Counted from the first letter of the stretch, positions 1-10,709 are shown. The stretch: 64,000 nt of DNA from Cellvibrionaceae bacterium (GCA_965214375.1 OZ243947.1:2318550-2382549), one strand, 5' to 3'. Program-made: numbers and translations. Notes: generated from the letters alone by a model not told the origin.

Positions 1-76
1 CGTGCCAGTGATAAAGTGGCTAATGATTTTAATCGAGCTAACCGTTTGTGTGCCAGAGCATGTATGTCAGACATGG

Positions 77-907
77 CTAAGCCGCCTTTTTATTGATAAA
101 GCCAACGTCTTTTGGTAAAAGCTTGAGAGGCTTGCCCGTTATTAGCGGGCGAACTTTTGCCCAATACACCAAATTGATATTGCCATCCTGATCTTCTGTC
201 AATAATGAGCAATTCTCGACCCAGTCGCCGTCGTTATAATAAGTTACCCCTTTTACCGTCGTTATTTCCGGGTGATGAATATGACCGCAGATAATAATAT
301 CCAGACCTTCTTTTCGAGCGCGATCGATAGCTGCATTGCGGAAGCGGGCGATAGCGTCATTGGCACCGGGAATATGCGCTTTGATATAACCTGCGAGTAA
401 CCAGTAAGGATAGCCATGTTTAGAACGGATAAAGTTGACCCAGCGGTTAATGAATAATAAAAATTCATAACCTTTATCTCCTATCCAAGCTTGTGCTTTA
501 CCAAAACACACTTCCTGATCAAATTGGTCACCGTGAAGTAGCAATAATTTTTTGCCATCGGCTGTGGTGTGAATATACTCACGATGGATTTCTACATGAC
601 CAAAACTCATTTGGTCGTATTTTTGTGCAGGTTCATCATGGTTGCCGGGTAAATAAATAACCTTGGTTATGTGCCCATCATCGTTGATTTCAGAGAGTGA
701 TAAGATTTTATGTAATAATTGGTTGTGGGAGGTTGGCCAGCGAAATTGCCTGCTCATTGTCCATAGGTCAACGATATCGACCACAAGAAAAAGAGTGTCT
801 ATTTTGGAGTTTTCAAGAAAGTCGAGGAGGTGCTCAGCTTTGCAATCCTGACATCCCAGATGAATATCGGAAAGCCAGACAGTACGGTAATGCTGTTTTA
901 TCGTCAT
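77..907 (-). CDS. Metallophosphoesterase, UDP-2,3-diacylglucosamine diphosphatase-like
   Basis: SDIHLG, GNHD, HGDQFD and GHIH calcineurin-like motifs. Start taken at MTIKQH (907). The usual GD motif reads VD. Confidence 0.8.
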   Translation of the reverse strand: MTIKQHYRTVWLSDIHLGCQDCKAEHLLDFLENSKIDTLFLVVDIVDLWTMSRQFRWPTSHNQLLHKILSLSEINDDGHITKVIYLPGNHDEPAQKYDQMSFGHVEIHREYIHTTADGKKLLLLHGDQFDQEVCFGKAQAWIGDKGYEFLLFINRWVNFIRSKHGYPYWLLAGYIKAHIPGANDAIARFRNAAIDRARKEGLDIIICGHIHHPEITTVKGVTYYNDGDWVENCSLLTEDQDGNINLVYWAKVRPLITGKPLKLLPKDVGFINKKAA

Positions 908-1007
908 CTTTACGCCCATCACAATAGGTTTTGGCAATGATGGATTTTTTAAATGACTGTTTTGTTAAGAAACAGTGAAATCTATGTGACAAAAAGCGCC
1001 AAAGATT

Positions 1008-1367
1008 TTAGTTTTTTGTCGCTAATGCAGGCCCGTCAAACGTAATGCCTTCCCAGCCATATTTTATAAAATTACGGATGTTGGCGTGATCGTTTCCTTC
1101 GGGGTTTTTAAGGACATCATCACGATAGTAAGCGCCAAAACAATACAATGTATCTTGCTCTCCAAGTCCTTGTGCTTTGGCAAAGGCAAATAATTTACAA
1201 GAGCCTTCATTGGTTCCTGCTTCATTGGTCACAAGGTCTTCACCCTGGCCGTTAGTAAATTGTGTGGTTGTGTAGTCGTAATGTTCTGCGATAACGGCCA
1301 TTATTTCAGCAAATTCGATGGCTTCTGGTGTCGAGCTTAGTTTGTTAAGGAATTCATTAATAGACAT
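1008..1367 (-). CDS. HopJ-family conserved protein
   Basis: NEAGTNEGSCKLFAFA and FGAYYRDDVL...NIRNF segments typical of the family. Confidence 0.75.
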   Translation of the reverse strand: MSINEFLNKLSSTPEAIEFAEIMAVIAEHYDYTTTQFTNGQGEDLVTNEAGTNEGSCKLFAFAKAQGLGEQDTLYCFGAYYRDDVLKNPEGNDHANIRNFIKYGWEGITFDGPALATKN

Positions 1368-1561
1368 GGTGCTTCACCTACATTATTGAGTGCTTATTAT
1401 AAGCATGATTTGTTAATAGATCATTGAGTTTTATGTGGAAGTCTATGGTGATTATTATTAGTGATTTATGCAAATATCGATTGCATTTGTTGTTTTTCAG
1501 GCATAGTATATTTGCATCCGGGTTGGATTAACTGTTTAGTACTACTCTGGGCAGATGCTGT

Positions 1562-2495
1562 ATGACAACACAAGAACATCAACAGCCAACAGGTGATGCG
1601 CCACAATCATTAGAAGCATTGGCGTCATTACTGGCAGATATCAAATCCGGCAACTCACCTCTGAGGCTTGGCCCCAGTGCTTTGCGTGTGTTATCTGCGA
1701 TGATTTCTGGACCCAATCAGGCGTCACTTTATTCTATTTCTCATCTTGCTGATCATTTTGGCGTTAATCCTTCAACGTTGACTCGTTTGGCAAAAGCGTT
1801 GGGTTTTGCGGGTTTTTCCGAGTTTCAGGATATTTTTCGCCGTTATACGGCTAATACGGGTTCGTTTTACAGTGAGCGAGCTGATGAATTATTGCATTAT
1901 CAAAGTGAACATCATGGCTTGGATCTCGCCGCTAAAATTGCCAGCGAAGAAATACCAATATTAAAACCATGCTCGCTAATATGACAGCCGAGACGTTGGA
2001 CGCTGTTGTTGAATTATTACTGCAGGCAGATCGGGTGCGTACCCATGGTTTGCGTCAGTCTTACCCAATAGCAGCTTATCTGTCTTATGGTCTGGGGTTG
2101 ATTCGTAAAAATGTGTCCACACTGAGTTTTGCCGAGCATGGTGTGGTTCATGGTATTTCCCAGTTATCTCAAGGTGATGTGTGATGTGTGATGTGTTATT
2201 TGCCATTGGCTGCAAACCTTATACACGCAATACCATTATTGCCGCGCAGTTGGCGCAAGAGCAGGGTATTACTATTATTGCGATTACTGACAGCTATTCA
2301 TCACCATTGGCAGAATGTGCGGCGCATACTTTTGTGACTCCGACCAGCGGTACTTTTTTTAGTAATAATATGGGGTCGTCGCTGGTCTTGATTGAGGTCT
2401 TGCTATCACTTCTGGCTCAGCGTCTGGGTGATTCTGCATTACGTTCATTACGACATTACGAACGCCTGATTAATGAAATGCAGGTGGACGTATGA
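1562..2495 (+). pseudogene. MurR/RpiR-family transcriptional regulator split by two frameshifts
   Basis: HTH part (SISHLADHFGVNPSTLTRLAKALGFAGFSEFQ) in 1562-1984. The SIS domain continues in 1969-2184 and 2181-2495. Frame breaks near 1953 and at the TGATGTG x3 repeat. Confidence 0.85.
2175..2195 (+). repeat. 7-bp tandem repeat (TGATGTG)x3
   Basis: Read directly; one copy would give in-frame G-D-V-L-F. Confidence 0.9.
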
Positions 2496-3286
2496 ATATG
2501 AAGCTTGCCAATCTACGGCTAACAAAAAGTGAAGGCATTGCTGAAATTCGTTTTAATCGCCCGCAGCGTTTAAATGCAGTGACCGAAGATTTATACACCG
2601 AATTAAAAAATCTTTTGTTAGAACTGGATGGTGATAAGACGATTCGTGTCATTGTCATTACTGGAGAAGGTCGTGCCTTTTGTGTCGGTGCTGATATGAA
2701 AGAGCACGCCAGTAAGCAGCGCACACCCTGTCAACATCGGCAATACCTACAAGGTGAGCAGCAATTGTGTTTAACGATTCAAAAACTGTCAAAGCCGGTC
2801 GTTGCGGCTGTGAATGGTTATGCCTTGGGTGCAGGTGCCGAGATAGCACTGGCCGCAGATTTTTTATTGATCAAAGCATCTGCCCAAATTGGTTTTCCAG
2901 AAATCAGTATTGGTACTTTTTTAGGTGGTGGTGTCACTCATACTTTACCGCGTTTGGTAGGTTTGGCGAAATCGCGTGAATTGATTTTCTTTGGTGACAA
3001 AATTAATGGCAAAGAAGCAGAACGTATTGGTCTGGCTAACTGTTGTATTGAAGATAGCGAGTTTGATGAAAAAGTCACTTTGTTTTGTAAAAAATTATCT
3101 CAAGGTGCTCCTGTTTCCATGGCGCTTGCCAAAGAACAATTAAATGTTGCCAATGACCGAGAGTATGAAACGGCATTGCGTTGTGAGCTTGAAGGAATGA
3201 CTTTTTGTGCGACCACTGAGGACTGGCAGGAGGGTGTGAATGCGTTTAAAGAAAAACGTATGCCAGTATTTAAGGGGGGACAGTGA
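2492..3286 (+). CDS. Enoyl-CoA hydratase/isomerase family protein
   Basis: FNRPQRLNA, GRAFCVGADM, VNGYALGAG and FPEISIG crotonase motifs. Confidence 0.9.
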   Translation: MNMKLANLRLTKSEGIAEIRFNRPQRLNAVTEDLYTELKNLLLELDGDKTIRVIVITGEGRAFCVGADMKEHASKQRTPCQHRQYLQGEQQLCLTIQKLSKPVVAAVNGYALGAGAEIALAADFLLIKASAQIGFPEISIGTFLGGGVTHTLPRLVGLAKSRELIFFGDKINGKEAERIGLANCCIEDSEFDEKVTLFCKKLSQGAPVSMALAKEQLNVANDREYETALRCELEGMTFCATTEDWQEGVNAFKEKRMPVFKGGQ

Positions 3287-3290
3287 CAGT

Positions 3291-5471
3291 ATGAATAAAG
3301 CGATAAACAGCCCGCTACAATCTATTTTGTCGCCTGCCTCGATTGCCATTATTGGTGCATCTAATAACACGGCAAAGCGTGGTAATATGGCGATTCGCTA
3401 TTTGCAGGAAAACCAATACCAGGGTGCTATCTATCCGGTACATCCCAAAGAAACCAAAATATGTAATGTTGATTGTTTTGCGTCTGTTGAACAGTTACCC
3501 GAGACACCAGACCTGGCATTAATCTGTACCCCCTCTCATACACTACCGGATATTATTAATCGTTGTGGCGCTAAAGGCATTAAAGGTGCTGTAGTGTTAG
3601 CAACAGGATTTTCCGAGACAGGGCTTTCCGGAGCACAGCTGGAAACACAAATGCTGCAGGCAGCGCGTGCATCTGGCTTACGTATTGTTGGCCCTAATAC
3701 CTCAGGTATTTTTAATGCACATTGTGGTGCAAACCTAGTGGGGTATCGCGATTTACAAGCCGGTTCGATTGGCTTGTTATCGCAGTCAGGTAATATGGCC
3801 TTATCTCTGGTAACTGAGGCGAGCAATAATAAACATTTGGGTTTTTCTACATATATTGGTGTCGGTAATGAGGCTGATCTTCAGTTTCATGAATACTTGG
3901 AATATTTTCGTAATGATGCGAGTACACGGGTCATTGTTGGCTATATCGAAGGCTTAAAGAATGGCCGACACTTTTTGCAGGCAGCCTCTCAGGTGTGCCT
4001 TGAAAAGCCGATTGTTATTTATAAATCCGGACGCACGGTTATCGGCCAGAAAACAGCACAGTCACATACAGGCGCTTTAGCGGGTAATTATAAAATGGCG
4101 CAGGATGTTTTTCGTCAGGCAGGAGTGACACTGGTTGAGCGTGCAGATGAAATTTTACCGATAGCGGAGACACTGTCATTATTGTCTCCCTTGCTACCGT
4201 TGAAAAATAATCGTGTTGCTGTGCTTGCTGATGGTGGTGGTCATGCAGCGATTGCAGCGGATAGTCTGGATAGTGCGGGTTTATTTATGCCAACACTGTC
4301 AGAAGCGACACAGACTGCGTTGCAAAAAATATTACCTGCTGGAGCCGCATTGGGAAACCCAGTTGATGTTGCCGGAGGTACTGATAATAATCCCTATGTA
4401 TTTGCACAGTGTGCAGAAATTTTATTGCAAGACCCCAGTGTTGATGCTTTGCTAATTGTTGGTTTGTTTGGTGGTTATGCCTCACGTTTTAGTGATTCAT
4501 TATTGGAAAAAGAAATTGCCTGTGCGCAAATGTTGCCACAACTTGTTGCCCAGTCTGGGAAAGCGATTTTTCTACAAAGCCTTTATCAGCCAATGCAAAC
4601 AGAGCCGTTGGCAATGCTAAAAAAAGCGGCAATTCCGGTACTTCAATCTATTGATGTGGCAGTACGCTGTCTGGCCAGTGTTGCTGATTATAGTCAGGCT
4701 CAACATCGTCTGATATCAATGCCGATCAATTCGGATACCTTGTCTTATTCAGATAATGTTCAACATTTAATTGCCCAGGCACTTTTTGAAAATCGTGATT
4801 GCCTTTATGAGCATGAAGCCATGGCTGCCTTAGCAGAATATCAGGCTGATGTGATTAAACCGGTTGTTGCTCGTGATGTTGAAGAATTAAAAACATTGCT
4901 GCCGCATTTGCCGCAACAACACTGGGTAGTAAAAATTATTTCCAAAGATATTTTACATAAAACTGATGCTGGATGTGTATTACTAAATATTAATAACTCC
5001 GGTTTGCTAAATGCGTACCAGACGTTAATTAAAAACGCTAAACAGTATGACTCAGATGCGGATATTTATGGTGTTCTGCTTGTTCCTATGGCGGATGTGG
5101 CATCGTCCGTTGAAGTAATTGTTGGTGTTACTAATGATAAACAATATGGTCCGGTAATGATGTTTGGTTTGGGAGGTATCTTTGTTGAAGTATTGCAGGA
5201 TGTTGTTTTCCGTTCATTGCCAATTAATGAGTGTGATGCCGAAGAGATGTTAAACGATATTGCCGGTTCTTCATTGCTCTCTGGCGTGCGTGGTAAAGTA
5301 GGTATCAATACACAAGCATTGGTGAAATTAATGTTGTCAGTGTCATCATTATGCATGAATCACCCGAGTATTGAAGAGCTGGATTTAAACCCGGTGTTGG
5401 CTCGCGAACATGATTATTGTGTTTTGGACGCACGTATCATTTTAAAAAGTGGTGAGGAAAGTCAGCAATGA
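3291..5471 (+). CDS. ADP-forming acyl-CoA synthetase (acetate-CoA ligase family, fused alpha/beta)
   Basis: PASIAIIGAS, VGPNTSG, SQSG, HTGALAG, NPVDV and ELDLNP motifs. Start MNKAIN at 3291. Confidence 0.9.
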   Translation: MNKAINSPLQSILSPASIAIIGASNNTAKRGNMAIRYLQENQYQGAIYPVHPKETKICNVDCFASVEQLPETPDLALICTPSHTLPDIINRCGAKGIKGAVVLATGFSETGLSGAQLETQMLQAARASGLRIVGPNTSGIFNAHCGANLVGYRDLQAGSIGLLSQSGNMALSLVTEASNNKHLGFSTYIGVGNEADLQFHEYLEYFRNDASTRVIVGYIEGLKNGRHFLQAASQVCLEKPIVIYKSGRTVIGQKTAQSHTGALAGNYKMAQDVFRQAGVTLVERADEILPIAETLSLLSPLLPLKNNRVAVLADGGGHAAIAADSLDSAGLFMPTLSEATQTALQKILPAGAALGNPVDVAGGTDNNPYVFAQCAEILLQDPSVDALLIVGLFGGYASRFSDSLLEKEIACAQMLPQLVAQSGKAIFLQSLYQPMQTEPLAMLKKAAIPVLQSIDVAVRCLASVADYSQAQHRLISMPINSDTLSYSDNVQHLIAQALFENRDCLYEHEAMAALAEYQADVIKPVVARDVEELKTLLPHLPQQHWVVKIISKDILHKTDAGCVLLNINNSGLLNAYQTLIKNAKQYDSDADIYGVLLVPMADVASSVEVIVGVTNDKQYGPVMMFGLGGIFVEVLQDVVFRSLPINECDAEEMLNDIAGSSLLSGVRGKVGINTQALVKLMLSVSSLCMNHPSIEELDLNPVLAREHDYCVLDARIILKSGEESQQ

Positions 5472-6304
5472 GCACTATGCCGCAACTTGTTGATGCCAAA
5501 CTCACATTTGAGAACCGCATCGCAATATTGACACTGAATCGTGATGATGTGCGTAATATTCTTACGGGTACTCACCTTGTTGACGATATTGTAAATACAG
5601 TGGCGTGGGTTAACCAGACCCCGCAAGTTTCTGTATTAATTATTATCGGTGAAGGTAGAGCATTTTCTGCTGGCGGAAATATTAAAGATATGCGTGACCG
5701 TAAAGAAACCTTTGGTGGTGATGTGGCTACAGTGCAAAAAAATTACCGTGAAGGTATTCAGCGAATCCCTTTGGCAATAGACAGTCTTGAAGTGCCTGTT
5801 ATTGCTGCGATTAACGGGGCAGCTATTGGTGCTGGCTTTGATTTGGCGTGCATGTGCGACCTTCGTATAGCTGCAAAAAATGCCAAAATGGGGGAAACTT
5901 TCATTAACTTGGGTATTGTCCCGGGTGATGGTGGGGCTTGGTTTTTACAGCGTATTGTCGGTTATCAACGTGCGGCAGAGCTAACGTTTAGTGGGCGCGT
6001 GATTGATGCTGACGAAGCACAGATTTTAGGTATTGTACTTGAAGTGGTCGAAAGTGAAGATTTATTAGCTGCGGCTATCAAGTATGCAAAAAATTATGCA
6101 GAAAAACCACCGCAGGCATTGCGCTATACCAAGCGCTTAATTAAACTGGCACAAGATGCCGGGCAATCCGGGCAGGAGAATAATTTATCGGATTTTCTTG
6201 ATGAGTGTGGTTTTCTTCAGGGGTTGTGTCATAACACTCACGATCATTTAGAGGCAGTTAATGCTTTTATTGAAAAAAGGCAGGCAGAATTCAAGGGAGA
6301 ATAG
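5468..6304 (+). CDS. Enoyl-CoA hydratase/isomerase family protein
   Basis: GRAFSAGGNI, INGAAIGAGFDLACMCDLR and LGIVPGDGG motifs. Confidence 0.9.
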   Translation: MSTMPQLVDAKLTFENRIAILTLNRDDVRNILTGTHLVDDIVNTVAWVNQTPQVSVLIIIGEGRAFSAGGNIKDMRDRKETFGGDVATVQKNYREGIQRIPLAIDSLEVPVIAAINGAAIGAGFDLACMCDLRIAAKNAKMGETFINLGIVPGDGGAWFLQRIVGYQRAAELTFSGRVIDADEAQILGIVLEVVESEDLLAAAIKYAKNYAEKPPQALRYTKRLIKLAQDAGQSGQENNLSDFLDECGFLQGLCHNTHDHLEAVNAFIEKRQAEFKGE

Positions 6305-6454
6305 TAAACTTCCTTGATGTCGAAGACGCAGTTTGTTTTCGATTAATGTATAAATTCTTTTTGTGCACAAAGAAGTTATGCAGTAGAGGTGTTAAGAAGT
6401 AACAAGAGGTACTTAATGTAATACAAACAAGCCAATTTATTGGAGGACATAATT

Positions 6455-7426
6455 ATGTTTAGCAAGACAAAGATAGCAACTGCAGCAGCATTATTTGGTG
6501 TGATGTTTGGCGGCGCTGCAACCGTTGATGCCAAAGATTCATTTATCACTATTGGTACCGGGGGAGTAACCGGTGTTTATTATCCAACAGGTGGAGCTAT
6601 TTGCCGTTTGTTCAATAAGAGTCGTAAGACCCACGGTATTCGTTGTTCAGTTGAGTCCACAGGTGGTTCGGTTTATAACCTGAATACCATTCGTGCTGGT
6701 GAGCTGGATATGGGAGTAGCTCAATCTGATTGGCAGTATCATGCTTATAACGGCACGAGTAAATTTAAAGACAAGGGTGCGAATAAAAACCTGCGTGCAG
6801 TATTCTCGGTTCACCCGGAGCCATTCACCGTTGTTGCTCGCGCGGATGCTGGTATTAAAACGTTTGCTGATTTGAAAGGTAAACGTGTGAATATTGGCAA
6901 CCCGGGTTCTGGTCAGCGCGGCACGATGGAAGTGCTAATGAATGCTTTGGGTTGGAAAAAGTCTGACTTTTCTCTCGCATCAGAGCTGAAGTCTGCGGAG
7001 CAATCCAAAGCACTTTGTGATAACAAAATTGATGCCATGGTATTTACCGTAGGTCACCCATCGGGTTCTATTAAAGAAGCCACTACCACTTGTGATACGG
7101 TATTAGTGTCTGTGACAGGCCCAGCAGTTGATAAGCTGGTGAAGGATAATGACTACTACCGTACTGCAACGATTCCTGGTGGCATGTATCGCGGTAACCC
7201 TGATGATGTTAAAACCTTTGGTGTGGGTGCGACATTTGTCTCTTCCACGAATACACCAGCCGACGTGGTTTATCAGGTGGTTAAAGCGGTTTTTGAAAAC
7301 TTTGACAGCTTTAAAAAATTGCATCCAGCCTTTGCCAATTTGAAAAAAGAGGAAATGGTCAAAGATGGTTTGTCTGCACCCGTTCACGACGGTGCTAAGC
7401 GCTATTATAAAGAAGCAAAATTATAA
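6455..7426 (+). CDS. TAXI-family TRAP transporter solute-binding protein
   Basis: Signal peptide, [17 protein letters not shown] and ESTGGSVYN; SD GGAGG upstream. Confidence 0.92.
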   Translation: MFSKTKIATAAALFGVMFGGAATVDAKDSFITIGTGGVTGVYYPTGGAICRLFNKSRKTHGIRCSVESTGGSVYNLNTIRAGELDMGVAQSDWQYHAYNGTSKFKDKGANKNLRAVFSVHPEPFTVVARADAGIKTFADLKGKRVNIGNPGSGQRGTMEVLMNALGWKKSDFSLASELKSAEQSKALCDNKIDAMVFTVGHPSGSIKEATTTCDTVLVSVTGPAVDKLVKDNDYYRTATIPGGMYRGNPDDVKTFGVGATFVSSTNTPADVVYQVVKAVFENFDSFKKLHPAFANLKKEEMVKDGLSAPVHDGAKRYYKEAKL

Positions 7427-7438
7427 TATATAAACAAC

Positions 7439-7462
7439 ACGGGTGACTTTGTCACCCGTTTC
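7439..7462 (+). terminator. Intercistronic hairpin after the binding-protein gene
   Basis: ACGGGTGAC-ttt-GTCACCCGT perfect 9-bp stem followed by a T-rich tract. Confidence 0.6.
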
Positions 7463-7496
7463 TTTATCTATATAAGCCCCGGCTAGGGAGGTTGTT

Positions 7497-10082
7497 GTGA
7501 GCGAAGAAGATATCAATAAAAAAAATAGCGAAGAAGATGTCAGTGAGCAAGAATTGCAAGAGATGGTTGCGCAAACAGATAGTGGTGCACGACAGCCACT
7601 GGGTGTTGCAGGTCAACTACTTTTTAGTATTGCGCTTGCTTGGTCCCTGTTTCAACTATGGGTAGCATCTCCTTTACCGTTTGTACTGGGCTTTGGCGTT
7701 TTCAATGATACCGAAGTCAGGGCTATTCACCTGGCTTTTGCTCTGTTTCTCGCTTATACCGCTTATCCGGCCTTTAAGCATTCGCCGCGTAAATTTATTC
7801 CTATTATTGATTGGGTCTTTGCGGCCGTTGGTGCTTTCAGTGCCGCGTATTTATTTATTTTTTATGAAGCGCTTTCTGATCGTTCAGGTGCGCCCACTAC
7901 AATGGATCTGTTCATTGGTATCAGCGGTATGTTGTTACTGCTCGAAGCGACTCGTCGGGCGTTAGGTCCACCATTAATGATTGTTGCTATTGTGTTTCTT
8001 ACCTATACGTTTGGTGGCCCTTATATGCCAGATGTTATTGCTCATAAAGGGCAAAGTTTGTCAAAAGTGATGTCGCATCAGTGGTTAACGACGGAAGGTA
8101 TTTTTGGTGTGGCATTAGGTGTGTCCAGTAGTTTTGTGTTTTTATTTGTGTTATTTGGTGCGATGCTTGAGAAGGCGGGAGCGGGTAATTATTTTATTAA
8201 AATGGCGTTTGCCTTGTTGGGTCATTTAAAAGGTGGCCCAGCTAAAGCGGCTGTTGTTGCTTCTGCGGCCACCGGACTTATTTCTGGTTCTTCTATTGCT
8301 AACGTATCAACGACGGGTACCTTTACGATTCCTTTAATGAAACGTGTCGGCTTTCCCGGTAAAAAAGCGGGTGCCATTGAAGTCGCTGGTTCCACTAATG
8401 GGCAGCTTACACCACCTGTGATGGGGGCGGCGGCATTCTTAATGATTGAGTATGTCGGCGTGAGTTATATTGAAGTTATCAAGCACGCTATTTTACCTGC
8501 GGTTATTTCTTATATTGCCCTATTTTATATTGTTCACTTGGAAGCCTTAAAAGCCAACATGCAAGGATTAACGCGTCCGGTGAATACCACACTTGCGCAA
8601 AAACTGATGACCTTTGCAGCAGTGGTTTATGGCGTGTGTATGATTGGTTTGCTGGTTTATTACGGTATCGGTTGGATAAAAGTATTAGCACCTTCGACAG
8701 CGATTTATATTGTTGGTGTGGCGGTATTAGCAGCCTATGTTGGTTTGATTTGGTTCTCAGCAAAATTTCCACAACTGGAAATGGATGATCCGAATGCGCC
8801 GGTCATGTCGTTACCTGAAGTGGGGCCGACGGTAAAAGTCGGTTTGTATTTTTTATTGCCTATTGTAGTTCTGATGTGGTGTTTGGTTGTCGAGCGTTTT
8901 TCTCCCGGGCTTTCCGCTTTTTGGGCCACCATGTTTATGATTTTTATTGTGTTAACTCAGCACCCCTTGCAGGCTTATTTCCGTCAGCAGGAGATGGCTG
9001 GGCAATTAATGCGCGGTTGTAACGATTGTATTGATGGTATGGTCACGGGGGCGCGCAATATGATTGGTATTGGTGTAGCGACAGCGGCGGCAGGTATCGT
9101 TGTAGGCACCATTACCTTAACGGGTATTGGTCAGGTCATGATTGAATTCGTCGAACTGATTTCCGGTGGTAATGTAATGCTTGCGCTTATCTTTACGGCC
9201 GTAATTTGTATCATATTGGGTATGGGGCTACCGACAACGGCGAACTATATTGTCGTATCGAGTTTAATGGCGCCCGTGGTGGTCGCACTCGGTGCCAGTA
9301 ATGGTTTAATTGTGCCGCTGATTGCTGTGCATATGTTTGTATTTTATTTTGGCATTCTCGCAGATGATACTCCACCCGTCGGTCTGGCCGCTTTTGCAGC
9401 AGCGGCAATTGCCAAAAGTGATCCGATTGAAACGGGCATTCAGGGTTTTATGTACGACATTCGTACCGGCATTTTGCCGTTTATGTTTATTTTTAATACG
9501 CAGTTATTATTGATTGATATTGGTAGTGTCTTTGAATTACTAGTGGTCATTATCAGCGCTACTATAGCGATGTTACTTTTTGCAGCAGCAACGCAAGGTT
9601 ATTGGTTAACACGTAGTTATAAATGGGAATCTGCCATTTTATTATTGATTACGTTTACATTATTCCGGCCTGGCTTTTGGTGGGATATGATTTATGAGCC
9701 GCTGGAATATTTACCTGCTAATCAAATTGTAAAAACAATAGATACGATTCCTGCCGGAGGTAACTTGCGTATGGAAGTTGCTGGTGAAAATCTCGATGGT
9801 AAGTTTGTTGAAAAAACTATTTTACTGCCCATTGGCGAAGGTGATTCAGCACAGCTGCGTTTAACGGATGCTGGTCTGGAGATACGTGAGGAAGACGGTA
9901 AAGTCTGGTCAGATAACGTTGTGTTTGGTAGCGCCGCTCAAGATGCGGGCCTATATTTTGATTGGGAGATTAGACATCTACAAGTAGAAACGGATCGACC
10001 ACCTAAGCATTTAATGTTCATTCCAGCACTATTATTGCTGTTTTTTGTTGGTTGGTTACAAAAACGCAGGCGTGATAACTAA
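7497..10082 (+). CDS. TRAP transporter fused 4TM/12TM permease (TAXI type)
   Basis: Multi-TM protein with GQLTPPVMGAAAF, LGMGLPTTANY and DDTPPVGLAA. Confidence 0.92.
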   Translation: MSEEDINKKNSEEDVSEQELQEMVAQTDSGARQPLGVAGQLLFSIALAWSLFQLWVASPLPFVLGFGVFNDTEVRAIHLAFALFLAYTAYPAFKHSPRKFIPIIDWVFAAVGAFSAAYLFIFYEALSDRSGAPTTMDLFIGISGMLLLLEATRRALGPPLMIVAIVFLTYTFGGPYMPDVIAHKGQSLSKVMSHQWLTTEGIFGVALGVSSSFVFLFVLFGAMLEKAGAGNYFIKMAFALLGHLKGGPAKAAVVASAATGLISGSSIANVSTTGTFTIPLMKRVGFPGKKAGAIEVAGSTNGQLTPPVMGAAAFLMIEYVGVSYIEVIKHAILPAVISYIALFYIVHLEALKANMQGLTRPVNTTLAQKLMTFAAVVYGVCMIGLLVYYGIGWIKVLAPSTAIYIVGVAVLAAYVGLIWFSAKFPQLEMDDPNAPVMSLPEVGPTVKVGLYFLLPIVVLMWCLVVERFSPGLSAFWATMFMIFIVLTQHPLQAYFRQQEMAGQLMRGCNDCIDGMVTGARNMIGIGVATAAAGIVVGTITLTGIGQVMIEFVELISGGNVMLALIFTAVICIILGMGLPTTANYIVVSSLMAPVVVALGASNGLIVPLIAVHMFVFYFGILADDTPPVGLAAFAAAAIAKSDPIETGIQGFMYDIRTGILPFMFIFNTQLLLIDIGSVFELLVVIISATIAMLLFAAATQGYWLTRSYKWESAILLLITFTLFRPGFWWDMIYEPLEYLPANQIVKTIDTIPAGGNLRMEVAGENLDGKFVEKTILLPIGEGDSAQLRLTDAGLEIREEDGKVWSDNVVFGSAAQDAGLYFDWEIRHLQVETDRPPKHLMFIPALLLLFFVGWLQKRRRDN

Positions 10083-10101
10083 ACCACTGGAGTGTAAGTT
10101 C

Positions 10102-10530
10102 ATGTTTAAAAAAATATTAATGCCAATTGATTTGCAGGAAACTAAACTCGCGGATAAGGCTGTTAAAGTAGCTGTGAGTGAAGCTCGTAAACATGGAGCC
10201 AGCTTGCATGTGCTAACGGTAATACCAGGGTTTGGTATGCCGTTAGTTGCTACGTTTTTTCCAAAAAGTGCTATGCAAAAAGCGGTTAAACAAGTGGCCA
10301 AAGAACTGAAAAAATATGTAGCAGACACTATTCCTGAAGATGTTAAGGTTTTACCCATTATTGCAGAAGGTGAACCAGCTGAAAAAGTGGTAGAGCAGGC
10401 TAATCAGTTAAAAGCTGATTTGATTATTATTCCCTGTCATGCCAAGTCCAAGCGGCAGGTTTTATTGGGTTCCTGTGCCGCTAAAGTAGTTGAACAGGCG
10501 AAGTGTTCAGTAACGGTAGTGAAGAATTAA
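10102..10530 (+). CDS. Universal stress protein (UspA family)
   Basis: MFKKILMPIDL...LLGSCAAKVV; USP genes commonly follow TRAP/TAXI genes. Confidence 0.88.
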   Translation: MFKKILMPIDLQETKLADKAVKVAVSEARKHGASLHVLTVIPGFGMPLVATFFPKSAMQKAVKQVAKELKKYVADTIPEDVKVLPIIAEGEPAEKVVEQANQLKADLIIIPCHAKSKRQVLLGSCAAKVVEQAKCSVTVVKN

Positions 10531-10550
10531 CATTTAAAAATTTATCGTTT

Positions 10551-10709
10551 TCATACCACCGCGCGAACCAGCGGCAAGGCACTTGCCGCTATTAAGCCTG
10601 TTCCTACACCTATTGCCAAACGTATCAGAGTGTTTTTCATGGTTGGACTTATATATGCCAATGCGCCACAAATAATGCCGTAGAAAGTGAGTGCCAGTAT
10701 ATCCATCAT
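10551..10709 (-). CDS. Small two-TM membrane protein, 52 aa (not in ORF track)
   Basis: Manual translation MMDILALTFYGIICGALAYISPTMKNTLIRLAIGVGTGLIAASALPLVRAVV; SD GGGAG 5 nt upstream. Confidence 0.65.
   Translation of the reverse strand: MMDILALTFYGIICGALAYISPTMKNTLIRLAIGVGTGLIAASALPLVRAVV

Noticed and set aside
1008-1367. HopJ as evidence of a type III secretion effector
   Set aside because: The family is widespread in bacteria without T3SS, and there are no secretion genes in the window.
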